Shown piece after piece: positions 23,435-34,100 of a DNA stretch of 64,000 nucleotides. Below the pieces are notes generated by a model. That model was not told the origin of the DNA. It did no database searches and saw nothing but the letters and a program-made list of their open reading frames with translations. Position 1 is the stretch's first letter. Each line of letters begins with the position of its first letter. The DNA lies in the NCBI GenBank assembly GCA_964016885.1, contig OZ024741.1, positions 262,012,001 through 262,076,000 on the forward strand, given 5' to 3'. A program made the translations under genes and the position numbers. This DNA comes from Eledone cirrhosa (taxonomy: Eukaryota).

Positions 23435-24200
23435 CTAGACCTGAAAAATGTGAAAGCTCAAAAGACCCACAGAATGTTATAATAAACCTTCAAAAGTGTG
23501 GGACTAGAGTTGTTGCTCAAAAATATTGTATTCATTATCTCTCGTACACTCTGTGGCATCATTTTATAAAAAAGAGACTCATAACGAACTCAAGACGACA
23601 CGATCATTATTTAAGCTAATGTTCAATATCTCATATTAGATGTTTAGTAATGATTAATACGAAATGCACTTCAACCGAATTCTATATTATAAATTCACTT
23701 AAGAAAAAACCTAAAATCTTGATTCTTCACCCTAAAATAGCATAAATTAAATATTTTCAAACTTAACCGTTTAACTTTCGGAAAATCTCCTTCTACATAT
23801 ATTACCACTTATCTTCCCTCTCTCTATATATATATATATTATCCCACCGGCTCTTATTGACCGCTTTCCCTGATAAATTGTAGTATCATACATTTTAAAA
23901 TCTCTATAACTGTTACATTAGGCAACGTTTTTCTTACTCACACATTCACTATTGAATTTATTACGTTTTCGCATTTTCTCATTATTAGGGTATAAATGTT
24001 AAACTTTCTCTTAGGTTAATCACTACCTTGATTAAATCTTAACCATTTAACATCTCAGGGTATGTCATGTATCATTATATTTTGTCTGATGAGGACGTGC
24101 TGTTGTACATCTGAAATATGTATAATAAAATGTAATTGATAAAAAGAACATCTATTTTATTAATATTTGTATTTTAATATTAATAACTCTGTAAAATTAT
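23430..24200 (+). pseudogene. Decayed 3' fragment of a second PLE family (possible GIY-YIG remnant plus pLTR)
   Basis: With frameshifts, 23520-23615 reads NIVF..TLCG/HHFIK-ETHNELKT, resembling NxVYxIxCxxCxxxYIGET...L..R. A hammerhead lies downstream at 24076. Confidence 0.45.
24076..24134 (+). ncRNA. Degenerate type I hammerhead ribozyme
   Basis: TATATTTTGT-CTGATGA-GGACGTGC(TGTT)GTACATCT-GAAA-TATGTA-TA-ATAAAATGTA. Stem I 10 bp with two G-U, stem II with one mismatch, near-palindromic stem III. Confidence 0.72.
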
Positions 24201-24800
24201 TTTTCATAGAGTGCTTCCAATCTACAGTAAAATTCATTCTTTGATATACTCATTGAATCTTGTTTAACTCTTTAATATATATATATATATATATATGGGG
24301 GGGTGTATGTATATATATGTATATATGTATATATATATAAGGACACGTGACCTCACTGCCAAATTTACTAGTACAGTCGAATGGCTGTGTTTTCTCAGGA
24401 ATAGATGAACGTGGATACTTGGAACGAAAGACCTGTTGACGAAGGGATATCCACGTACCATCTTAGGATACATTACTGACTTGCATATACATTACGCATC
24501 TTGGAGTGTAACTTCCGTGCTCAGAAACCCATCCAAAGTATTTATCGATTAGTATCTATCGATCAGGTCCAGGTTCGTCTTTAATTTGTCTGTATTTTTC
24601 GTTGTTGTAGTATTAATGTGGCAACATGTCTCTGGTCACATTATTCATTGTGTCACTATTACCTAACTTGCTGTGTTCACTCTGAGGGGAAATTTATTAA
24701 TTACTTTATGATCGAGTCCTTTGTAATGGTCTTCTATTTGATTTGCAAGATTTCTGATCTGAAAACATGTGTTGAAACAGATATTGTTATAATTTAGTGA

Positions 24801-25249
24801 GGTCTTGCTGCCAATAAAAACACACACACCAGTTGTGTTTTACTTCAATTAAATATAAACTTCCAGATGGTTAGTTTAATAACCCGATGGTTATTTATTA
24901 GTATATTGTCAAATCTCTTTCGTCACACATGCTGAGACCTCCCCAGTGGCTAATTTGTTATTGTTTGTCTACCTTTGTTCTGTCCTAGTCTATCTTGTTT
25001 TTGTGAGCTAATAAAAACAAGATGGTGCAGGACAGAACAAAGGAGGGACAAAAAAATAACAAATTAGTCACTGGGGAGGACACAGAATGTGTGACGAAAG
25101 GGCTTTGACAATTAACAAATAAACAGAATGTGTGACGAAAGAGTTTTGACAATTAACAAATAAACGGTTATTAAACTAACGAACTGGAAGTGTATAATTG
25201 ATTAATGTAAAAGCAAACAGGTGCGGGTGTTTTTATTGGCAGCATGACC
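24801..25249. mobile_element. Foldback/palindromic MITE-like element (~450 bp)
   Basis: Arms are diverged reverse complements over ~200 bp (TGCTGCCAATAAAAACAC...GTGTTTTTATTGGCAGCA; CCTCCCCAGTG/CACTGGGGAGG; ATCTTGTTTTT/AAAAACAAGAT), centre ~25003-25012. The right arm has a ~41-bp tandem duplication. Confidence 0.75.
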
Positions 25250-25290
25250 CCCCCCCCCACTCAACCCACCCACCCCAAAAAAAGATTATG

Positions 25291-25325
<35 letters not shown>

Positions 25326-25474
25326 CTGTCTATGCATCAGTTGAACTTTTCCTTTAGTTAAGTCGATCCTTACTTTGATTATCTCTATTTTAGATAACCC
25401 ATGGAAGACAAAGTATTTAAGTAAAATTATATTCGACATTGCATGCAGTATGAATTTCAATGCAGTAATTACAA

Positions 25475-26354
25475 TGACGAAAGAGCTTTGACAATTAACA
25501 AATAAAGATCCACATTAAAGCATCAAAGATTTGTCCAAGAACCTTAATATCTCAGGGACCCCTACTCAGGAACATCTTAAGAAAGTTGGAAATGTGTATA
25601 TGGAGGGGATTTGGGTGCCACATGAACTGCCTCTGGGCAGCAAAGCTTTGCATTCAACAATTTACAAGTTTGCTGATCCGGAATAAAAATTCACCTTCCC
25701 CTGGTCGAATTGTTACCGGAGATGAGAAATGGATTGGTTTTATAACCAATAAACATAAGGTACTCCAGTTCCAACACCCAAGCCAGCATTGCACCAAAAG
25801 AATGTAATGATCTACACTTGGTTGAATAATAGAAGTGTAGTTCACTTTGAGTTATTAGAAGAAAGGGAAAGTGTGACTACAAAACTTGATTGTCAACAAC
25901 TTGATCTACTGAATGAAGCTTTGCGTAGAACGTATCCTGCTCTGCTGAACAAAAAGGGAATCATTTTTCAACATGATAATGCAAGGACACATTCTTCAAA
26001 AGAAATCCAAGAAAAAAGTTGTCATTAGTCTGGGAACTTTTATCCTTACTTCCATATTCATCAGACTTCGCTCGATCAGATATTCATATATTCAAATGCC
26101 TTGAACATTTTATCAGTGGGAAAAGATTCACAAGTAATGCAGAGTTTGAAGCTTCAATTAATTCCATTCTTTCTTCCAAAGACCAAGATTATTTTGAACG
26201 GGGAATAAAAAAAATCTCCTCTCAAAATGACAAAGGTTATATCTAATGCTGGTGTTTATGTTGTTAATAAATACATTTGATAATATTTTGTCTTTTCTTT
26301 GTCAATTATAGTACCTAACAAAAAATGCGACATTGCTTTCCTATACCCTAAATA
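25475..26354 (+). pseudogene. Mariner (DD34D-type) transposase remnant with right TIR
   Basis: WVPHEL (25612-25629), RIVTGDEKWI, IIFQHDNARTH and PYSSDFARSD (YSPDLAPSD-like) across stops and frameshifts. TIR-like AAAATGCGACATTGCTTTCCTATACCCTAAATA at ~26322-26354 followed by TA. The 5' end is missing. Confidence 0.92.
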
Positions 26355-26698
26355 TATATGTGAGACTATTCTAGGATCAATACCCATTACGAGACCTATG
26401 TATATTTAATATAAACAGATTGTATATGTTTTCATATAATCCTCCTCTGCACCTCTCTCTCTCTACCTGTCTAATGTATATATATCTAAACTATAATATA
26501 TATAATAAAATATAAGAGAACAAAAATCAGTGTTGTATCATATACGTATTTAATTACATATTACATATGTTTCACTGTCGATCAGCTTGAGGAACGTTCG
26601 ATTAAAGTTCGATCCTGACTCTGGAATCGGAAGCTCCTCAGATATGTGTTAACATGCAGACTCGCCTCTAAGAGTAGTTGGATATTTATCCCGGTTCA

Positions 26699-26880
26699 GA
26701 TTGGCAGTATCAGTAGAGGGTCGGACGCCATGCTTTCCCGCATAGTTACGTCCCTTTACGATCTGAGTTCAAATCCCGCCGAGATTGACTTTGCCTTTGA
26801 TCCTTACGGGGTCGATAAAATAAAGTACCAGTAATGTACTGGGTATTTGCTGGCCTTGTGCCTAAAGTAGAAACAATTAT
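26699..26880 (+). mobile_element. tRNA-derived SINE (abundant octopus-type family)
   Basis: A-box-like TGGCAGTATCAG, B-box GAGTTCAAATCC, central GCCTTT(G/C)ATCCTTACGGGGTCGATAAAATAAAGTACCAG, 3' GGCCTTGTGCCTAAAGTAGAAA. Family recognised from memory. Confidence 0.8.
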
Positions 26881-27118
26881 TTTATGCTGCCACTCACTCT
26901 GTTAAAGGAATGTGTTATCACTGTATTCATCCTGTTACTGCTATTTGTTGGTCAAGGCGGCATTTTCATTCTTGCGTGGCGGCCAGTCTGCCGGAACTCT
27001 GCTGTTACAGTCTTTGAAGTAAGTTCGAAGTGAATAAAGCAATACAAAAATACAACAGTAAAAAAAATTAAAAGATAAATCCAATCTTTACAAAGATAAA
27101 GATGCGATAAGAAAATAA

Positions 27119-27304
27119 ATAATTGTTTCTACTTTTCGCACAAGGCCAGCAATTATCCCAGTGTATTACTGGTACTTTATTTTATCGACCCCCGTAAGGA
27201 TGAAAGGCAAGGTTAACCTCGACGGGATTTGAACTCAGACCATAAAGGGGGGTAACTCTTTGCTACAAAGCATGGCGTCAGACCCTCTACCGATACTGCC
27301 AATC
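27119..27304 (-). mobile_element. SINE copy 2
   Basis: Reverse-complement homologue of 26699-26880. Confidence 0.8.
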
Positions 27305-27315
27305 CAAGAAAATAT

Positions 27316-27493
27316 ATAATTGTTTCTATTTTTGGTACAAGGCCAGCAATTACCCAGTACATTACTGGTACTTTATTTTATCGACTCCGTAAGGATGAAA
27401 GGCAAAGTTAACCTCGGCCGGATTTGAACTCAGATCGTAAAGGGACGTAACTATGCTGGAAAGCATGTCCGACCCTCTACCGATACTGCCAAT
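27316..27493 (-). mobile_element. SINE copy 3 (tandem with copy 2)
   Basis: Reverse-complement homologue of 26699-26880. Confidence 0.8.
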
Positions 27494-27580
27494 TCACCAT
27501 ACGGACATAGAAGATTGGCAGTGAGATAGAGAATAAAGGGATAAGGTGAATAAGTAAAAAAGTAAAAGAATAAGACACTG

Positions 27581-27703
27581 TCCGACAGTGGAAACACGTG
27601 CGTAGAGAGAGAGTGAGAGTGAAAGAAAGAGACAGACTACGAGAGGGGGTAGCGGGAGGGAGAGAGGGAGAGAGGGAGAGTGAATAGACACTAAAACACG
27701 TGC
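27581..27703. repeat. GA-rich dispersed repeat, also at 29037-29181 and 29181-29280
   Basis: Shared TCCGACAGTGGAAA...CGTAGAGAGAGAGTGAGAGTGAAAGAAAGAGACAGACTAC...GAATAGAC.CTAAAACACGTG. Confidence 0.85.
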
Positions 27704-27833
27704 TATAGAAACATTACCTTCCCCTCTCGACTGACTTTGGTCACTAAGGCCGAGGGAATCGCTGGTTGCTATAGAGACACCTTGCACAAGCCAGAAGTAA
27801 CCAGTTCGAGGCGGTTCTGACTTGACACCATGC

Positions 27834-28049
27834 GAAGAAGGTTGCCATTGAATTTGTGGTTTGAAGAAGGTTGCCATTGAATTTGTGGTTTGAAGAAGGT
27901 TGCCATTGAATTTGTGGTTGTTGCTGCTGATAATAAGGACCATTTGAAGAAGGTTGCCATTGAATTTGTGGTTTGAAGAAGGTTGCCATTGAATTTGTGG
28001 TTGTTGCTGCTGATAATAATAAGGACCATTTGAAGAAGGTTGCTGCTGA
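27834..28049. repeat. Minisatellite of GAAGAAGGTTGCCATTGAATTTGTGGTTT (29 bp) with longer variant units
   Basis: Five full copies plus one partial; two are extended by GTTGCTGCTGATAATAAGGACCATTT. Confidence 0.9.
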
Positions 28050-28716
28050 TGAGGTAATTTATTAATCAGATTGCGCAGTTCCATAACCTACGTTTGATTT
28101 GTTCAATTTTTTTCTTCAATTTTTTTTTGTTGTTTTTTTTTTATTTCTTATTAAAAAAATATAAATAATAAAATAAGGTTAGAAATTTAAATACAATTAA
28201 ATACGGTTTTATTCCCATTTCCAGCAGTCAATGTCCAGTGTTCAATTTCATGAAAAAATTGGAAATAATTCAAAAAATTGAAGTTTAACTTTTGAACATT
28301 TGTTTTGACAATAAAAAATATTTCCTTATTCACACCTAATGGTATGATCAAAATTTCATAGGAATATTTTTTTCTAACCGCCAGTTATTTAAATATTATT
28401 AAAAATAAATTTTTTTTTTAAAAGAATGGAAGATTTTGTGGATTTTTTTACCACCTTCCAAGCCTTAAACACTAATTCTCGCGAATTTGTGTTTTGTAAT
28501 GACCCTCATGACGCTGCTATTGTTGATTCCAATAGTGCCTGGTATTCGAATATGTTAGTATACAATTTTTTGAATAAAATTAAGGCGCAATTAGAGCTGC
28601 CAAACAAAATTTTTTTCGGCTTCGGCCCCTATTATTTTTGGGAAAATTCTATTGGCTCTAATGAGTCTGCCTCTGTTGGCGTTATTTGCGACAGTCACCA
28701 TTTCTTGACTTTCAAG

Positions 28717-29524
28717 TCTATATATGTAAAGCTGAGGTTGTCTGTCTGTCTACTAAAGCCTTCGGCACACATCTCCTCTTAAACCGTACGTTTAAATTTC
28801 GGGGAAATTGCTACACTTATAGATGAAGGTCCGGCGGAGTCACTGTCTGTCTATCTGTCTACTAAAACCTTCGGCACACATCTCCTCTTAAACCGTACGT
28901 TCAAATTTCGGTGAAATTGCTACACTTATAGATGAAGGTCCGGCGGAGTCAAAATGTTTCAAATCGACCCACGCCAAGTGTAAAAATCGAATAAAAATCC
29001 TTATAATATATAACCAGCAATTTCTCTGTCTGTCTTTCCGACAGTGGAAAAATTGCTGGCGCGCGTGCGAATGTTTTTTGCGCACGCGTAGAGAGAGAGT
29101 GAGAGTGAAAGAAAGAGACAGACTACGAGAGGGGGATAGCGGGAGGGAGAGAGAGAGAGTGAATAGACGCTAAAACACGTGCGCGCGTGCGAATGTTTTT
29201 TGCGCACGCGTAGAGAGAGAGTGAGAGTGAAAGAAAGAGACAGACTACAAGAGGGAGATAGCGGGAGGGAGAGAGGGGGGAATTGAGGAGTGCTACAGAA
29301 ACATATATACATTTCTGTGTGTGTGTAATATATATATATACGCACAGAAATATATATACATTTCTGTGTGTGTAATATATATATATATATACACAGAGAA
29401 ATATATATACATTTCGGTGTGTGTAATATATATATATATACACACAGAAATATATATACATTTCTGTGTGTGTAATATATATATATACTAGCAGAAAACC
29501 ACCCGATGGGTGGTTTTCTGCTAG
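28717..29524 (+). mobile_element. Non-autonomous Helitron-like element A
   Basis: 5' TCTATATATGTAAAGCTGAGGTTGTCTGTCTGTCT (TC start plus TGTC microsatellite), internal 109-bp duplication (28741-28951) and ~40-bp palindromic repeats (29295-29485), 3' hairpin ending in CTAG. Confidence 0.65.
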
Positions 29525-30983
29525 TCTCTATATATATAAAACGGATGTCTGTCTGTGTGTGTGTGTATGAGTTTTATGCATTTCCACATTTCTCTACCGA
29601 TTTTGATGATTTTTTTCCAATGTGCTTCAAATTGACCAAGGCTGGTCAACGCGTAATAAAGTTTGCCAAAAGTTTCCTGCTTCTATGAAAAAATCGATAA
29701 AACTAAATACATGCTGTAACCCTCTCTCTTACACGTTTATTCACTCTCACTACTACCTTCAACAATCTATGAAACTACATACATGTTGCAACTCTCTTTA
29801 AAAGGTTCATCGTTTCCTCTACTCCACTCTCAATCTCCTCTGCAACTCTCTTTAAAAGGTTCATCCCTCCCTCTACCCCCCCCCCCCAATCTCCTCTGCA
29901 ACTCTCTTTAAAAGGTTACTGCCTCCGTCTACTACCCTATCACCATTACAGTTTAGAACAGCGACAAAACTTCTTTTCAAGGAACGCGACACAAACTTTG
30001 AAAACTAAGCAACACATCGATTTATACAACAACAAACATAGCTTCACTCTCTCCGTCGCTCTTCCCTCTCTCTACAATAGATTATTCCCTTCTCTATAAT
30101 TTAACTACTTTGCTGTCTTCATGCTTCGAGGTTTAACACACCTCCTTATGGTTTCTTAGCTTCATTCTATCCGTCGCTCTACCCCTCTCTCTATAATAGA
30201 TCATTCCCCCTCTTCGTTCAGGAACGCGAAATAAACTTTGATAACTAAGCAACACATCATTTTATACAACAACAAACATAGTCATAACGACGCTCATATA
30301 TCAAATAACAAAACTTAAAAAGCCGATAACACTAAATACATATTCCTCTCTCAACGTTACATTCTACATCAAATAATAAATGTATTTATAAAACAACAGA
30401 TGTATTTATAAAACAACAGATGTATTTATAAAACAACAGATGTATTTATAAAACAACAAACGTAATCATAACGACGCTTAAGCATTCATTTACTTGAATC
30501 TCAACAAAGACATTATATTTTATTGTTGTCCATTTTGTAATTTTTTTTCTTTGTTTTTCGCAATATGAGACAAAAAATGTGTGCTCCTAAATATCACCCC
30601 TGTTTACACTCTTTTGTGCTATAACTCAGACGGGCTTGGCTTACAGGTTTGACCTACTATTTGACGTGCATTCTTCATACAACTTACTTAATACTCACTT
30701 TCCACTTATTCACTGATCAGTTGAAATGTTTCGCTACTCCCCTCGATACCCAGCAGCATCAGGGCCACCATCTTGCAACTTTGGTCTGCTAAATTCGCTA
30801 TTGGAAGATTATTAACCCATCATTGATTGTCTAAAATTCTAATTGGTTCGTAACTTTTAATAACCTGTTCAACTGCTTTATGTACATAATTGATAAGCTT
30901 TTTCGCTTTCAAGCCACGTTTACCTGTGTGTAACTTTTCATAGCAAATGAACAAACCCGAGCAACACCGGGCTAAACTGCTAG
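29525..30983 (+). mobile_element. Non-autonomous Helitron-like element B
   Basis: 5' TCTCTATATATATAAAACGGATGTCTGTCTGTGTGTG; 3' CCCG-AGCAACAC-CGGG hairpin then CTAAACTG-CTAG|T; internal tandem repeats (~55 bp x3 at 29787-29920, 20 bp x4 at 30380-30460, two ~60-bp copies 240 bp apart). Confidence 0.75.
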
Positions 30984-31120
30984 TAAAAGATAAAGTAATA
31001 ACAATGCAGATCAAGGATAAACAGTAATAAATAATAAAATATATAAATGTATAAGTTGGAAAAGTGACAGGAATAGTGAATGTCTTGACTGACTTCATAT
31101 TGAATCCGGTGAACCGTTAT

Positions 31121-31176
31121 TACCTTAATATATAATGGGCATTTCTCTGTTTGTTTGTCTGTCTGTCCGTCTGTAA
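31121..31176 (+). mobile_element. Helitron-like 5' terminus directly preceding the satellite
   Basis: TACCTTAATATATAATGGGCATTTCTCTGTTTGTTTGTCTGTCTGTCCGTCTGT has the same layout as the starts of elements A and B but lacks a perfect TC. Confidence 0.5.
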
Positions 31177-34100
31177 AAAATAACAAATAGACGCGGTTTC
31201 AAATCTCTATGCTTTTCAAATTCATTACATTACTCTTTATTTATACGTTTCGCTTTACGAGTGTTTCGACTTACGAGTGTTTCGACTTACGAGTGTTTCG
31301 ACTTACGAGTGTTTCGACTTACGAGTGTTTTGACTTACGAGTGTTTCGACTTACGAGTGTTTTGACTTATGGGTGTTTCGACTTACGAGCGTTTCGACTT
31401 ACGAGTGTTTCGACTTACGAGTGTTTCGGCTTACGAGTATTTCGGCTTACGGGTGTTTCGGCTTACGAGTGTTTCGGCTTACGAGTGTTTCGACTTACGA
31501 ATGTTTTGACTTACGAGTGTTTCGGCGTACGAGTGTTTCGACGTACGAGTGTTTCGACGTACGAGTGTTTCGACTTACGAGTGTTTTGCCTTACGAGTGT
31601 TTTGACTTACGGGTGTTTCGGCTTACGTGTGTTTCGACTTACGGGTGTTTCGACTTACGAATGTTTTGACTTACGGGTGTTTCGGCTTACGAGTGTTCTG
31701 AATTACGAGTGTTCTGACTTACGAGTGTTCTGACTTACGAGTGTTCTGACTTACGAGTGTTCTGACTTAAGAGTGTTCCGACTTATGAGTGTTCCGACTT
31801 ACGAGTGTTTCGGCTCACGAGTGTTTCGGCTTACGAGTGTTTCGACTTACGAAAATAACAAATAGACGCGGTTTCAAATCTCTATGCTTTTCAAATTCAT
31901 TACATTGATCTTTATTTACACGTTTCGCTTTACGAGTGTTTCGACTTACGAGTGTTTCGACTTACGAGTGTTTTGACTTACGAGTGTTCTGACTTACGAG
32001 TGTTCTGACTTACGAGTGTTTCGACTTACGAGTGTTCTGACTTAGGAGTGTTCTGACTTACGAGTGTTCCGACTTACGAGTGTTTCGACTTACGAGTGTT
32101 TCGACTTACGAGTGTTTCGACTTACGAGTGTTTCGGCTTACGAGTGTTTTGACTTACGAGTGTTCTGACTACGAGTGTTCTGACTTACGAGTGTTTCGGC
32201 TTATGAGTGTTTCGACTTACGAGTGTTTCGGCTTACGAGTGTTTCGACTTACGAGTGTTTCGACTTACGAGTGTTTCGACTTACGGGTGTTTCGACTTAC
32301 GAGTGTTTCGACTACGAGTGTTTCGACTTACGAGTGTTTCGGCTTACGAGTGTTTCGACTTACGAGTGTTCTGACTTACGAGTGTTCTGACTTATGAGTG
32401 TTCTGACTTACGAGTGTTCTGACTTACGAGTGTTCTGACTTACGAGTGTTCTGACTTACGAGTGTTCTAACTTACGAGTGTTCTGACTTACGAGTGTTCT
32501 GACTTACGAGTGTTCCGACTTACGAGTGTTTCGCCTCACAAGTGTTTCGGCTTACGAGTGTTTCGACTTACTAAAATAACAAATAGACGCGGTTTCAAAT
32601 CTCTATGCTTTTCAAATTCATTACATTAATCTTTATTTATACGCTTCGCTTTACGAGTGTTTCGACTTACGAGTGTTTCGACTTACGAGTGTTTCGGCTT
32701 ACGAGTGTTTTGACTTACGAGTGTTTTGACTTACATGTGTTTCGACTTACGCGTGTTTAGACTTACGAGTGTTTCGACTTGCGAGTGTTTCGACTACGGG
32801 TGTTTCGACTTACGAATGTTTTGACTTACGAATGTTTTGACTTACGGGTGTTTCGGCTTACGTGTGTTTCGACTTACGAGTGTTCTGACTTACGAGTGTT
32901 CTGACTTACGAGTGTTCCGACTTACGAGTGTTTCGACTTAAGAGTGTTTCGGATTACGAGTGCTTCGACTTACGAGTGTTTCGGCTTACGAGTGTTTCGA
33001 CTTACGAGTGTTCTGACTACGAGTGTTCTGACTTACGGGTGTTCTGACTTACGAGTGTTCCGACTTACGAGTGTTTCGGCTCACAAGTGTTTCGGCTTAC
33101 GAGTGTTTCGACTTACGAAAATAACAAATAGACGCGGTTTCAAATCTCTATGCTTTTCAAATTCATTACATTAATCTTTATTTATACGCTTCGCTTTACG
33201 AGTGTTTCGACTTACGAGTGTTTCGACTTACGAGTGTTTCGGCTTACGAGTGTTTTGACTTACGAGTGTTTTGACTTACATGTGTTTCGACTTACGCGTG
33301 TTTAGACTTACGAGTGTTTCGACTTGCGAGTGTTTCGACTACGGGTGTTTCGACTTACGAATGATTTGACTTACGAATGTTTTGACTTACGGGTGTTTCG
33401 GCTTACGTGTGTTTCGATTTACGAGTGTTCTGACTTACGAGTGTTCTGACTTACGAGTGTTCCGACTTACGAGTGTTTCGGCTTATGAGTGTTTCGACTT
33501 ACGAGTGTTTCCGCTTTCGAGTGTTTCGACTTACGAGTGTTTCGGGTTACGAGTGTTTCGACTTACGAATGTTTTCGCTTACGAGTGTTTCCGCTTACGA
33601 GTGTTTCGACTTACGAGTGTTTTGACTTACGGTTTTTCGGCTTGCGAGTGTTTCCACATACGAGTGTTTTGACTTACGGGCGTTTCGACTTACGGGTGTT
33701 TCGACTTACGAGTGTTTCGACTTACGAGTGTTCTGACTTACGAGTGTTCTGACTTACGAGTGTTTTGACTTACGAGTGTTCTGACTTACGAGTGTTCCGA
33801 CTTACGGGTGTTTCCGGCTTACGAGTGTTTCGGCTTACGAATGTTTTGACTTACGGTGTTTCGGCTTACGAGTGATTCGACTTACGAGTGTTTTGACTTA
33901 CGGGTGTTTTGACTTACGGGTGTTGTGAATTACGAGTGTTCCGATTTACGAGTGTTTTGACTTACGGTGTTTCGGCTTACGAGTGTTTCGACATACGAGT
34001 GTTTTGCCTTACGGGTGTTTCGACTTACGGGTGTTTCGGCTTACGAGTGTTTCGACTTACGAGTGTTTCGGCTTACGAGTGTTTCGACTTACTAATGTTT

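Noticed and set aside
24340-24790. Non-repetitive stretch, possible LINE remnant or exon
   Set aside because: No recognisable motif or sustained reading frame on either strand.
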